From: Bacteroidota bacterium
GTDB lineage: Bacteria; Bacteroidota; Bacteroidia; Chitinophagales; Chitinophagaceae
Length of the DNA: 64,000 nucleotides
Direction: 5' to 3'
NCBI GenBank assembly: GCA_018268085.1
Contig: JAFDXE010000014.1
Span: forward strand, 8,140 to 72,139
Shown: in pieces, positions 47,879 through 55,991 of the stretch
Layout of the letters: each line of letters starts with the position of its first letter
How positions within the stretch are numbered: position 1 is the first letter of the stretch
Notes under the pieces: generated by a model
Databases searched by the model: none
What the model saw: only the letters and a program-made list of their open reading frames with translations
Told to the model about the DNA's origin: nothing
Program-made: the position numbers and the translations under genes

Positions 47879-47997
47879 CCGGGATTATTTAATTGTGTGC
47901 TGCTGTAACCTGCTTTTTATTTATATTTGTATATATGTGCAACGCTTTAGCTGGTCTGAGGCGTTGTATTTTTTTTCTATATACTAAAAAGAATTTT

Positions 47998-48471
47998 ATG
48001 GCAGAAACGAATTATGTAACGCAGGAAACATTTGATAAGATGCAGGCGGAACTACATATTTTAAAAACAGTTGACAGGCCCGCAGCTAGTGCAGCCATTG
48101 CAGAAGCAAGGGAAAAAGGCGACCTGAAAGAAAATGCAGAATATGATGCAGCAAAAGAAGCGCAGGGTTTGCTTGAAGCAAGGATCAACACATTGGAAGG
48201 CGCTGTTGCAAATGCAAGGATACTGGATGCATCTACAATCGACACGAGCAGAGTGAGTATTTTAACCAAGGTAACGCTCACCAATCTCAGTACAAAGAAA
48301 ACCGTTACATACCAGATCGTTTCAGAAACAGAAGCTGATCTTAAAGCAGGTAAAATTTCTGTTACTTCACCCATCGGTAAAGGTCTATTGGGCAAAACGG
48401 TTGGAGAAATCGCTGAAGTATCCGTTCCTGCAGGTGTATTGAAATTTAAACTCGAAGATATTACGATCTGA
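47998..48471 (+). CDS. greA: Transcription elongation factor GreA
   Basis: AREKGDLKENAEYDAAKE, ISVTSPIGKGLLG; ATG at 47998 (the ORF-track 5' extension is spurious). Confidence 0.95.
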   Translation: MAETNYVTQETFDKMQAELHILKTVDRPAASAAIAEAREKGDLKENAEYDAAKEAQGLLEARINTLEGAVANARILDASTIDTSRVSILTKVTLTNLSTKKTVTYQIVSETEADLKAGKISVTSPIGKGLLGKTVGEIAEVSVPAGVLKFKLEDITI

Positions 48472-48548
48472 TTGTTTGAAACATGTTTTATAATCGCCAT
48501 TCAGTTTTTGAATGGCTTTTTTATGTTTGTATATTTAGCGAAAAAATT

Positions 48549-48938
48549 ATGTCAATATTCACTAAGATCATCAGTGGCGAAATACCCTCTTACAAAATAA
48601 TAGAAGACGAGCATTTTTTTTCTTTCCTCGATATATTCCCGCTCGTTAAAGGACACGTGCTGGTAGTGCCCAAACTGGAAGTAGATAAACTATTTGATCT
48701 TCCGGGCGATTACCTGTCGAAAATGTTATTGTTTGCCCAACCCATTGCAAAGTCGATAGAAAAATCATTCAATTGTAAACGTTGTGGTATTAGCGTTGTT
48801 GGGTTGGAGGTTCCGCATGCACACATGCATTTATTGCCGATCAATACAGCCAACGATTTAAATTTTACACAACCAAAAATTAAAGTAACGGAAGAAGAAC
48901 TGAAAATGTTTCAAAAAATGATTATCGGAAATCTCTGA
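48549..48938 (+). CDS. HIT family nucleotide hydrolase
   Basis: SIFTKIISGEIP, GHVLVVPK, EVPHAHMHL histidine triad. Confidence 0.92.
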   Translation: MSIFTKIISGEIPSYKIIEDEHFFSFLDIFPLVKGHVLVVPKLEVDKLFDLPGDYLSKMLLFAQPIAKSIEKSFNCKRCGISVVGLEVPHAHMHLLPINTANDLNFTQPKIKVTEEELKMFQKMIIGNL

Positions 48939-48973
48939 TTGTTTTTTGATGAAAGTAATTATTGCAGCGATAA

Positions 48974-49540
48974 TTATTTCAGTTTAAACCTGCCGGGGTT
49001 TTTCGTTATAAAATCTTTCCAGCCATTCACTTTTGAAGAAGACGAAGGCAGCATATTGCTTTGCTGAAAATGATGACATACGGCTACAGCCAGTGCATCT
49101 GAAGCATCCATGTGTTTTGGATCCTGCGAAAATTGTAAAAGGTGCTGAAGCATTTTCATCACCTGCTCTTTATCTGCATTACCATTACCGGTTATCGACT
49201 GTTTTATTTTTCTTGGTGAATATTCACAAACGTCTAATCCTGCATGCATGGCCGCAGCTATGGCAACCCCCTGTGCTCTTCCTAATTTGAGCATACTTTG
49301 TACATTTTTTCCAAAGAAGGGGGCTTCAATGGCAAAGCTATCCGGTTTGTGTGTTCTGATGAGTTGAGACACCCTGTGGTGAATATTTGCGAGCCGCTCA
49401 TAAGCATCCTGTTTGGAAGAAAATTTCAGCACATCCATTTCAATTAATTGCATAGCGGCACCTTTAATACGTATGAGGCCATAACCCATGATTACGGTTC
49501 CCGGATCAATTCCCAAAATGATTTTTGATGCTTTTTGCAA
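48974..49540 (-). CDS. ruvC: Holliday junction resolvase RuvC
   Basis: ILGIDPG, AIEAPF, KLGRAQG, GNADKEQV, DASDALAVA. Confidence 0.95.
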   Translation of the reverse strand: MQKASKIILGIDPGTVIMGYGLIRIKGAAMQLIEMDVLKFSSKQDAYERLANIHHRVSQLIRTHKPDSFAIEAPFFGKNVQSMLKLGRAQGVAIAAAMHAGLDVCEYSPRKIKQSITGNGNADKEQVMKMLQHLLQFSQDPKHMDASDALAVAVCHHFQQSNMLPSSSSKVNGWKDFITKNPGRFKLK

Positions 49541-49570
49541 TGCGCAGCCTATTTTTATGGATAAATTTCT

Positions 49571-50551
49571 TTGTTGAACAAAAATATCAAATTAATAATC
49601 AACTACCTGCTGGGGCCGGTGCTATTCATTGTGCTTTCTTATAGTTTGTATAAACAGATTATACGCCAGCCCGATCTTGCATTGCGCTGGAGGGAGATCA
49701 GGCATAGCTGGGCAGATGCAGGTTTTTGGCTGGTGTGTGGATTAATGATAGTGAACTGGGGTTTTGAAGCAGCAAAATGGAAGCGATTGATATCTCCCCT
49801 TGAACAGTTCAGTTTGACGAAAGCATTTAAGTCTGTATTGGCTGGCTGCAGTATAACCATGCTTACTCCTAACCGCATAGGAGAATACGGCGGAAGAATA
49901 ATGTATGTTGATGAAAGGCACAGGTTAAAAGCGATATCTCTTACAATACTGGGAAGTATCAGCCAGTTAACGGTTACCATGCTGATGGGATCTATTGGAT
50001 TAATCGTATTGGCAAACTCAGATGAAAGTGAAAAGCTGTTGAGTCTTTTCCCGTCATTTCTCAGCAATGCAATGATCTATGTTAGTATTATCGTTACCGT
50101 TATCCTGTTACTCGTTTATTTCAAAGTGCATTTTTTTGTGATGATCGTTGCCAAGACAAGGTTTTTACAACGAATGCTGAAATACGTGGAAGTGGTTGAT
50201 TTTTTCACCGGAAAACAATTGTTAAGAATATTATTTTTATCTTTTTTCCGCTATCTGGTGTTTATTTTGCAATACGTGCTGCTCTTACAGGTAATGGGCG
50301 TTGAAATTCCGGTAATGCTGTTTTTTTGGGTGATTACTATTTTTTATGTGGCCATGGCTTTGTTACCTTCGGTTGGTTTCATCGAATTGCCGATAAGGGC
50401 AACAGCAAGTGTAACGCTGTTAAGTGTGTACAGTTCAAATATATTGGGAATTCAGGCGGCGGCGTTTGGAATATGGTTAATAAACCTGGTGATCCCGGCG
50501 ATAATCGGAAGCCTGCTCATTTTTGGAATCAAAATAATGAAGGAAAGATGA
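49571..50551 (+). CDS. Lysylphosphatidylglycerol synthase TM-domain (flippase-like) protein
   Basis: Multi-TM; NWGFEAAKW, TPNRIGEYGGR, WLINLVIPAIIG. Confidence 0.78.
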   Translation: MLNKNIKLIINYLLGPVLFIVLSYSLYKQIIRQPDLALRWREIRHSWADAGFWLVCGLMIVNWGFEAAKWKRLISPLEQFSLTKAFKSVLAGCSITMLTPNRIGEYGGRIMYVDERHRLKAISLTILGSISQLTVTMLMGSIGLIVLANSDESEKLLSLFPSFLSNAMIYVSIIVTVILLLVYFKVHFFVMIVAKTRFLQRMLKYVEVVDFFTGKQLLRILFLSFFRYLVFILQYVLLLQVMGVEIPVMLFFWVITIFYVAMALLPSVGFIELPIRATASVTLLSVYSSNILGIQAAAFGIWLINLVIPAIIGSLLIFGIKIMKER

Positions 50552-51348
50552 AAAGATTTACAAAGCTGTTTTTATTACCGGTTTGTTTTTTCGCCATGGG
50601 CAGTTCTCCATTAGATGATTCTTTTTGCGGAATACGAAATACAGCTTTCAGTGCCGGTGAAAACGTTACCATGACGGTTTATTATTCCACACTTGGTGCT
50701 TACGTTCCCGCAGGCGAAGCAAATTTTACCGTTACATTGGAAAGGTTCAATGGCAGGCCGGTCTATCATTGCGTAGGTGTTGGAAAAACCTATTCTTTCT
50801 TTGATAATTTTTTCAGGGTGAGAGACCGCTATGAAAGTTATATAGATACGGCTACCATGCAACCCTATAAATTCATTCGCAACATTGATGAAGGAGGATA
50901 TAAAAAATACAATAATGTAACCTTTAACCAGAATGAGCATACCGCTGTAAGTACAAACGGAGTATTTAAAATTTCAGATTGTATGCAGGATGTGGTGAGC
51001 GCTGTGTATTATGCCCGTAACATCGACTTCAATAAATACAAACCCGGCGACAAAATCCCTTTCGATATGTTTTTGGATGATGAGATTTATCACTTATACA
51101 TCCGTTACATTGGGAAAGAAAAAATTAAAACCCGTTATGGAAAATTCAATGCGATAAAATTCAAACCGCTGTTGGTTAAGGGAACCATTTTTGAAGGCGG
51201 AGAAAAAATGAACGCATGGGTAAGTGATGATCCCAATCATTTGTTGTTACGTGTAGAAAGCCCGATTTCCGTAGGTAGTATTAAAGTAGATATGATGGGC
51301 TATTCCAACCTTCGTTATCCCCTTACTTCCATGAGAAGTTTCAGGTAG
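50548..51348 (+). CDS. DUF3108 family exported protein
   Basis: ATGA overlap with the upstream stop; AFSAGE, FFRVRDRYES, PYKFIRNIDEG, WVSDDPN. Confidence 0.75.
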   Translation: MKRFTKLFLLPVCFFAMGSSPLDDSFCGIRNTAFSAGENVTMTVYYSTLGAYVPAGEANFTVTLERFNGRPVYHCVGVGKTYSFFDNFFRVRDRYESYIDTATMQPYKFIRNIDEGGYKKYNNVTFNQNEHTAVSTNGVFKISDCMQDVVSAVYYARNIDFNKYKPGDKIPFDMFLDDEIYHLYIRYIGKEKIKTRYGKFNAIKFKPLLVKGTIFEGGEKMNAWVSDDPNHLLLRVESPISVGSIKVDMMGYSNLRYPLTSMRSFR

Positions 51349-51350
51349 TG

Positions 51351-52187
51351 CTATATTTCCGATAATGTAAATGCTTCTTTCTTCCGGATACCTTTTTCGG
51401 TAAGTTCCAGTGTACAGCATTCAATTTGCGGATCGTGTTCAAAAAATAATACAAAGTTGTTTTGCTGTGCTTCGGTAAGAAATGATTTCTTTTCGTTCAA
51501 TGTTGTGAGAGGGAACATGTCATACCCCATGATGTAAGGCAGGGGAATGTGTGCAGCAGATGGTAAAAGATCTGCCATATATAAAATCGTTCTTCCTTTG
51601 TATTCTATTTGCGGGAGCATCATGGCGTCGGTATGCCCGAATACCTGCCGCACTTTTAAGGATCCAGGAAAATCATCAGCCGATGTTTCAATGTATTTTA
51701 ACTGGCCACTTTCTTTGATGGGTAAAATGTTTTCTTTCAGGAAGGAAGCTTTTTCACGATCATTGGGTTCTGTTGCCCATTTCCAGTGACGTTCATTGCT
51801 CCAGAATGTTGCGTTTTTAAATGCAGGAACCAATTTATCTCCTTCTCTTTTGATACTGCCGCCGCAATGATCAAAATGCAGGTGTGTAAGAAATACATCC
51901 GTAATATCATCTTTACCAAACCCGTGTTTCGCCAGTGAGGAATCAAGTGTGTCGTCGCCATGTAAATAATAATGCCCGAAAAATTTTGCATCCTGCTTAT
52001 CGCCGATTCCGTTGTCTATTAAAATAAGCCTGTTGCCATCTTCAATCAATAAACAACGCATGGCCCAGTTACACATATTGTTTTCATCTGCCGGGTTTAA
52101 TTTGTTCCATATCGTTTTTGGAACCACGCCAAACATGGCGCCCCCGTCTAATTTAAAATAACCGGTATTGATTGTATAGAGTTTCAT
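51351..52187 (-). CDS. MBL-fold metallo-hydrolase (YtnP/lactonase-like)
   Basis: LDGGAMFG, THLHFDHCGG, GHT, ADLLP, FEHD. Confidence 0.85.
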   Translation of the reverse strand: MKLYTINTGYFKLDGGAMFGVVPKTIWNKLNPADENNMCNWAMRCLLIEDGNRLILIDNGIGDKQDAKFFGHYYLHGDDTLDSSLAKHGFGKDDITDVFLTHLHFDHCGGSIKREGDKLVPAFKNATFWSNERHWKWATEPNDREKASFLKENILPIKESGQLKYIETSADDFPGSLKVRQVFGHTDAMMLPQIEYKGRTILYMADLLPSAAHIPLPYIMGYDMFPLTTLNEKKSFLTEAQQNNFVLFFEHDPQIECCTLELTEKGIRKKEAFTLSEI

Positions 52188-53506
52188 ATATCTGCAGATA
52201 ATTGTTTTTGTTTACGCAATGCTAAGGTTAAACCGATGGCACCGAAAATAAAGAAGATGATTAAAGCGAGTACGGATCCCCGTTGTGATCCGGTTAATTC
52301 TGTTATAAATCCGAAGCTGAACATGCCGATAACGATGGCGATCTTCTCCGTTACATCATAGAAGCTGAAGAATGAAGTGGTATCTTTAGTAACGGGCATT
52401 AATTTACTGTATGTACTCCTGCTCAGGCTTTGAATGCCTCCCATTACAAAACCTACCGCAACTGCGAGTGCGTAAAATTCAATTATTCCTTTTACGGGAA
52501 GGTTATATCCGGCAATACAGAGGAGTATCCAGGTAGCTACGCAAATCATCAGTGCTTTAAAATTGCCAATGCGGCCCGATAACCTGGAGATTAAGAATGC
52601 GCCGGGTATGGCAATGATCTGTATGATTAAAATGGCAACGATGAGGTTTTCAGTGGGTATCTGTAGTTCACTTTTGCCGTATAAAGTAGCAGCAAGCATT
52701 ACTGTTTGCACGCCCATGTTAAAAAAGAAAAATGAAAAAAGATATCTTTTCAAAACAGGCAGGTGTAAGAGTTGATTCCATACTTTTCCCAGCTCACGAT
52801 AACCATTGGTTAAGATATTTTTTTGATTGCCCTCGCCTGCAGGTATGCTTTTAGGTAGCCTGCTCAAAGAAAATTGCCCGAACGACCACCACCAGATTCC
52901 CACGAGTAAAAAGGAAAGCTGGTATTGAATTACAGATTCTTTGTTTCCGCCGATGATTTCCGGTTTAAATACAAAAACAAAACAAATAACCTGGAGGATT
53001 ACGCTTCCGATATAGCCCATTGAAAATCCTTTGGCGCTCACCCTGTCCCTGTCATCAGGCGCTGCTATTTCCGGTAAGAATGAATTATAAAAAACGAGGC
53101 TTGCCCAATAACCAACACAGGCAATGATCATGCAGAGTATGCCAATGGATAAATCGTTGTGCGATTTAAAAAAGAACAATCCGCAACAGGCAAAACTTCC
53201 CATGGTGAGGAAGAAATTCATGAAACTCTTTTTGTTTCCTTTATAATCTGCAATGGAAGAAAGTAATGGAGAAATAATTGCAACAATTAAAAACGCAGTT
53301 GCCAGTGCGTAGTTGTACAGCGATGTATTCACAAACTCCCTGCCTGCGAAATGCACATAGGCTTGGCCGCTGCTGTCTGTTCGTTCTTTTGTGATGGCTT
53401 CGTAATAAGCGGGAAAAATGGTTGATGTAATTACTAGATTGTAAACCGAATTGGCCCAATCATACATAGCCCAGCCATTGATAACTTTTTTGGAAGCAGT
53501 TTGCAT
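52184..53506 (-). CDS. MFS transporter (UMF1/Atg22-like)
   Basis: WAMYDWANS, LSSIAD, FYNSFLP, SLSRS, FFSFY; about 12 TM. Confidence 0.85.
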   Translation of the reverse strand: MQTASKKVINGWAMYDWANSVYNLVITSTIFPAYYEAITKERTDSSGQAYVHFAGREFVNTSLYNYALATAFLIVAIISPLLSSIADYKGNKKSFMNFFLTMGSFACCGLFFFKSHNDLSIGILCMIIACVGYWASLVFYNSFLPEIAAPDDRDRVSAKGFSMGYIGSVILQVICFVFVFKPEIIGGNKESVIQYQLSFLLVGIWWWSFGQFSLSRLPKSIPAGEGNQKNILTNGYRELGKVWNQLLHLPVLKRYLFSFFFFNMGVQTVMLAATLYGKSELQIPTENLIVAILIIQIIAIPGAFLISRLSGRIGNFKALMICVATWILLCIAGYNLPVKGIIEFYALAVAVGFVMGGIQSLSRSTYSKLMPVTKDTTSFFSFYDVTEKIAIVIGMFSFGFITELTGSQRGSVLALIIFFIFGAIGLTLALRKQKQLSADI

Positions 53507-53558
53507 CAATTATATTAAGAATGAAAAATTAATAATTAAAACTGATAGCTGCATCATT

Positions 53559-54350
53559 TTATTGAATTATCCCTTTTGAGATCAGCACCAGTAAAATGGC
53601 ACCCAGTATAATTCTATAAATTCCCCAGATTTTGAAACCATATTTTTTTACAAAGCCGATGAAGAATTTTATGGCCATAACCGCAACGATAAAAGCAACA
53701 ACGTTTCCCAACGCCAGCATTTTAATTTCCTCGCCGGTAAATCCACCTGATTCTTTATAGTACTTTAATAATTTATAACCTGTAGCTGCCAGCATTGTAG
53801 GTACAGCAAGAAAAAAAGAAAATTCTGCAGCTTCGCTACGGGTAAGTTTTTGCTGCATACCACCAATTATGGAAGCAGCACTCCTGCTAACACCTGGTAC
53901 CATTGCCAGGCATTGCCAGATCCCGATAACAAATGATTGCAGGTAGGTAACCTGTTTCTCTGAAGCACTTGTATGTTTAGTGAAGATTTTATCAATGAAA
54001 AGCAGTACAACCCCACCGGCAAGTAATGATATGGCAACTGTTAAAGAGCTTTCCAGCAACGCATCAATTTTTTTGGAGAACAATAAGCCTAAAATAATTG
54101 CAGGAATTACACCAACTACCAATTTAAAATAAAAAGGAAGATTTTTAAAGTCGAAGAATTTTTTCCAGTAAAGTACAACTACCGCAAGTATGGCGCCCAG
54201 TTGAATGGCAACCGTAAACATTTTTGTGTATTCATCATCGGGAATATGTAATAGTTTTTCCGTGATGATCATGTGGCCGGTTGAAGAAACGGGTATGAAT
54301 TCTGTTAGTCCTTCAACGATGCTTACGATGGTGGTTTGGAGGGAAGTCAT
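53559..54350 (-). CDS. uppP: Undecaprenyl-diphosphate phosphatase
   Basis: [40 protein letters not shown]. Confidence 0.95.
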   Translation of the reverse strand: MTSLQTTIVSIVEGLTEFIPVSSTGHMIITEKLLHIPDDEYTKMFTVAIQLGAILAVVVLYWKKFFDFKNLPFYFKLVVGVIPAIILGLLFSKKIDALLESSLTVAISLLAGGVVLLFIDKIFTKHTSASEKQVTYLQSFVIGIWQCLAMVPGVSRSAASIIGGMQQKLTRSEAAEFSFFLAVPTMLAATGYKLLKYYKESGGFTGEEIKMLALGNVVAFIVAVMAIKFFIGFVKKYGFKIWGIYRIILGAILLVLISKGIIQ

Positions 54351-54483
54351 TATGAATTATGAATTATGAATTGTGAATTATGAATTATGAATTATGAATT
54401 ATGGATTCTGAGTTATGAGTTATTAGTTATGAGTTATTAGTTGTTAGTTGTTAGTTGTTAGTTGTTAGTTGTTAGTTGTTAGT
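54351..54483. repeat. Tandem heptamer array, 19 units, drifting from TATGAAT through TATGAGT/TATTAGT to TGTTAGT
   Basis: Counted unit by unit; first unit abuts the uppP start codon. Confidence 0.95.
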
Positions 54484-54489
54484 TGTTTA

Positions 54490-54515
54490 ATTAAAAACGC
54501 CGTAATATACGGCGT
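54490..54515 (-). terminator. Putative intrinsic terminator after the DUF3098 gene
   Basis: ACGCCGTA-TAT-TACGGCGT on the minus strand running into TTTTAATTAA. Confidence 0.55.
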
Positions 54516-54544
54516 GGGTGTTAAATGATTTTATGTGGATGTGC

Positions 54545-54790
54545 TTATTTTGATTTTTTCATGATTGCAAAGATCTCGATGATGAAACCGGCAATGATGA
54601 GCATGGGCGCAATCGTAATACGGGTTGTACTGTACACTGATTTTGGATCGAATTCATTCGGGTTGCTGCTTTTGCCTCCCATCATTAACAGGAAACCCAA
54701 TGCTAAAACCACAAGGCCGATGAGCATCCAGATATAATTTTCCCTGCCGAATAAGTTGTTGTTTGAAACCTGTTTATTGTCTTTCGCCAT
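54545..54790 (-). CDS. DUF3098 family small membrane protein
   Basis: FGRENYIWMLIG, MMGG, RITIAP; lies between ftsX and uppP; ATG at 54790. Confidence 0.85.
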   Translation of the reverse strand: MAKDNKQVSNNNLFGRENYIWMLIGLVVLALGFLLMMGGKSSNPNEFDPKSVYSTTRITIAPMLIIAGFIIEIFAIMKKSK

Positions 54791-54836
54791 GGTAATGTAA
54801 TTGAGCGTGCAATATAGTGTAATTTTTATTGCAGGT

Positions 54837-55715
54837 TTAATAGAGGTCATCCAGTTTCATGCGCAGGTACTTTATCACGGATCGGTGTGTACTGGCCAGT
54901 GAGATGGTGATACCTAAAACAATTATTATAGTAAAGAGGATGATCATCCCGTTGTTATCGTGCAGCAGTTTAAAATCGGGGAGAAAACCTTCAATAAGCA
55001 GTATTGTTCCCCAGATGGCGGCAATGGCGATCACTGATGCAATTAATCCATTGATCACCGCCCGCTGGTTGATGGGTTTAGCGATGAACCACCGGGTGGC
55101 ACCTACCATCTGCATTGTTTTTATAAGGAAACGGTTACTATACATCGCCAGCCTGATGGTATTGTCGATTGAAAAAACTACCAATATCGTAAGCAGTATG
55201 GCTGCAATTAAAAAAATAACACCGGCAGTTTTTACGTATGTACCTACTTTGCTTACGGTTTCTGTGGGAAACTGGAATTCTGAAATAACACCGGGGAACG
55301 TACCCTGGAGATTGGAGGAAAGTACGTCGAGGCTGTCTTTTTGCACATAGGCGGCCTTTACGTAAAAGTCGATGCTTTCCGGAAGTGGATTATTACTAAG
55401 GAATTGCTTCCAGGTAGTATCATTCTCTGCATTCCATCTTGCAATCGCTTTTTCTTTGTCTACATATTCAACCCGGTTGGCATAAGGTATAGCTGAAATA
55501 TAGTTAACAAGACTATCAATTTGTTTTTTTGAAGCATCCCGGTTAAGGTAGGTATGCACCTGGATATTTTCTTTGAAATAGTCGCCCGTTTTACGAAGAT
55601 TTAAAAAGAACCAGCCAACGATTCCGAATAAAAATAATACAAGGGATACGCCAATGATTGCACCGGTATAACTTGGTTTACCTTTTTTGCTGGATGCTTT
55701 TCCGAATTGAGCCAT
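54837..55715 (-). CDS. ftsX: Cell division permease-like protein FtsX
   Basis: Four-TM ABC permease layout, NPLP, IDNTIRL, TMQMVGAT..FI..P; ATG at 55715. Confidence 0.88.
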   Translation of the reverse strand: MAQFGKASSKKGKPSYTGAIIGVSLVLFLFGIVGWFFLNLRKTGDYFKENIQVHTYLNRDASKKQIDSLVNYISAIPYANRVEYVDKEKAIARWNAENDTTWKQFLSNNPLPESIDFYVKAAYVQKDSLDVLSSNLQGTFPGVISEFQFPTETVSKVGTYVKTAGVIFLIAAILLTILVVFSIDNTIRLAMYSNRFLIKTMQMVGATRWFIAKPINQRAVINGLIASVIAIAAIWGTILLIEGFLPDFKLLHDNNGMIILFTIIIVLGITISLASTHRSVIKYLRMKLDDLY

Positions 55716-55763
55716 AGTACGTTTTGTAAGTAATGGATGAAAGTAAGCTGCTTTGAAAGCGGA

Positions 55764-55801
55764 CAAAAATAAAGATTTTTAAGTGGTTTGTTTTACTTTT
55801 G
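55764..55801. promoter_or_regulatory. Divergent -7 elements: TATTTTTG (minus, ftsX, 55764-55771) and TACTTTTG (plus, leuS, 55794-55801)
   Basis: Exact TAnnTTTG matches. Confidence 0.55.
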
Positions 55802-55991
55802 TGCACTGCAAAAAAACGATTGCCTGCCAAATATATTTTGATAGTTGTTCTATAGCAGCTTATTTATTTGTTAAAATAAATTTTATATTGTTATTGGCTC
55901 AACAGCGAATAACGGTTGAAGTGTGCGACGCCACTGAAGCGGAACAATGATCATTAGCCGGGACAAAAAATAAAAATACATATTGATTACA

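Noticed and set aside
47893-47997. N-terminal extensions in the ORF track (greA, also relA, DUF3108, ftsX, DUF3098, HIT, kinase)
   Set aside because: They start at upstream TTG/GTG/ATG codons, often overlap neighbours or promoters, and lack family motifs. Downstream ATGs with A-rich leaders fit better.
54351-54483. CRISPR array
   Set aside because: Contiguous 7-bp units with no unique spacers, and no cas genes in the window.
55807-55991. T-box riboswitch upstream of leuS
   Set aside because: No T-box bulge consensus or terminator/antiterminator pair is visible, and T-boxes are not typical of Bacteroidota.
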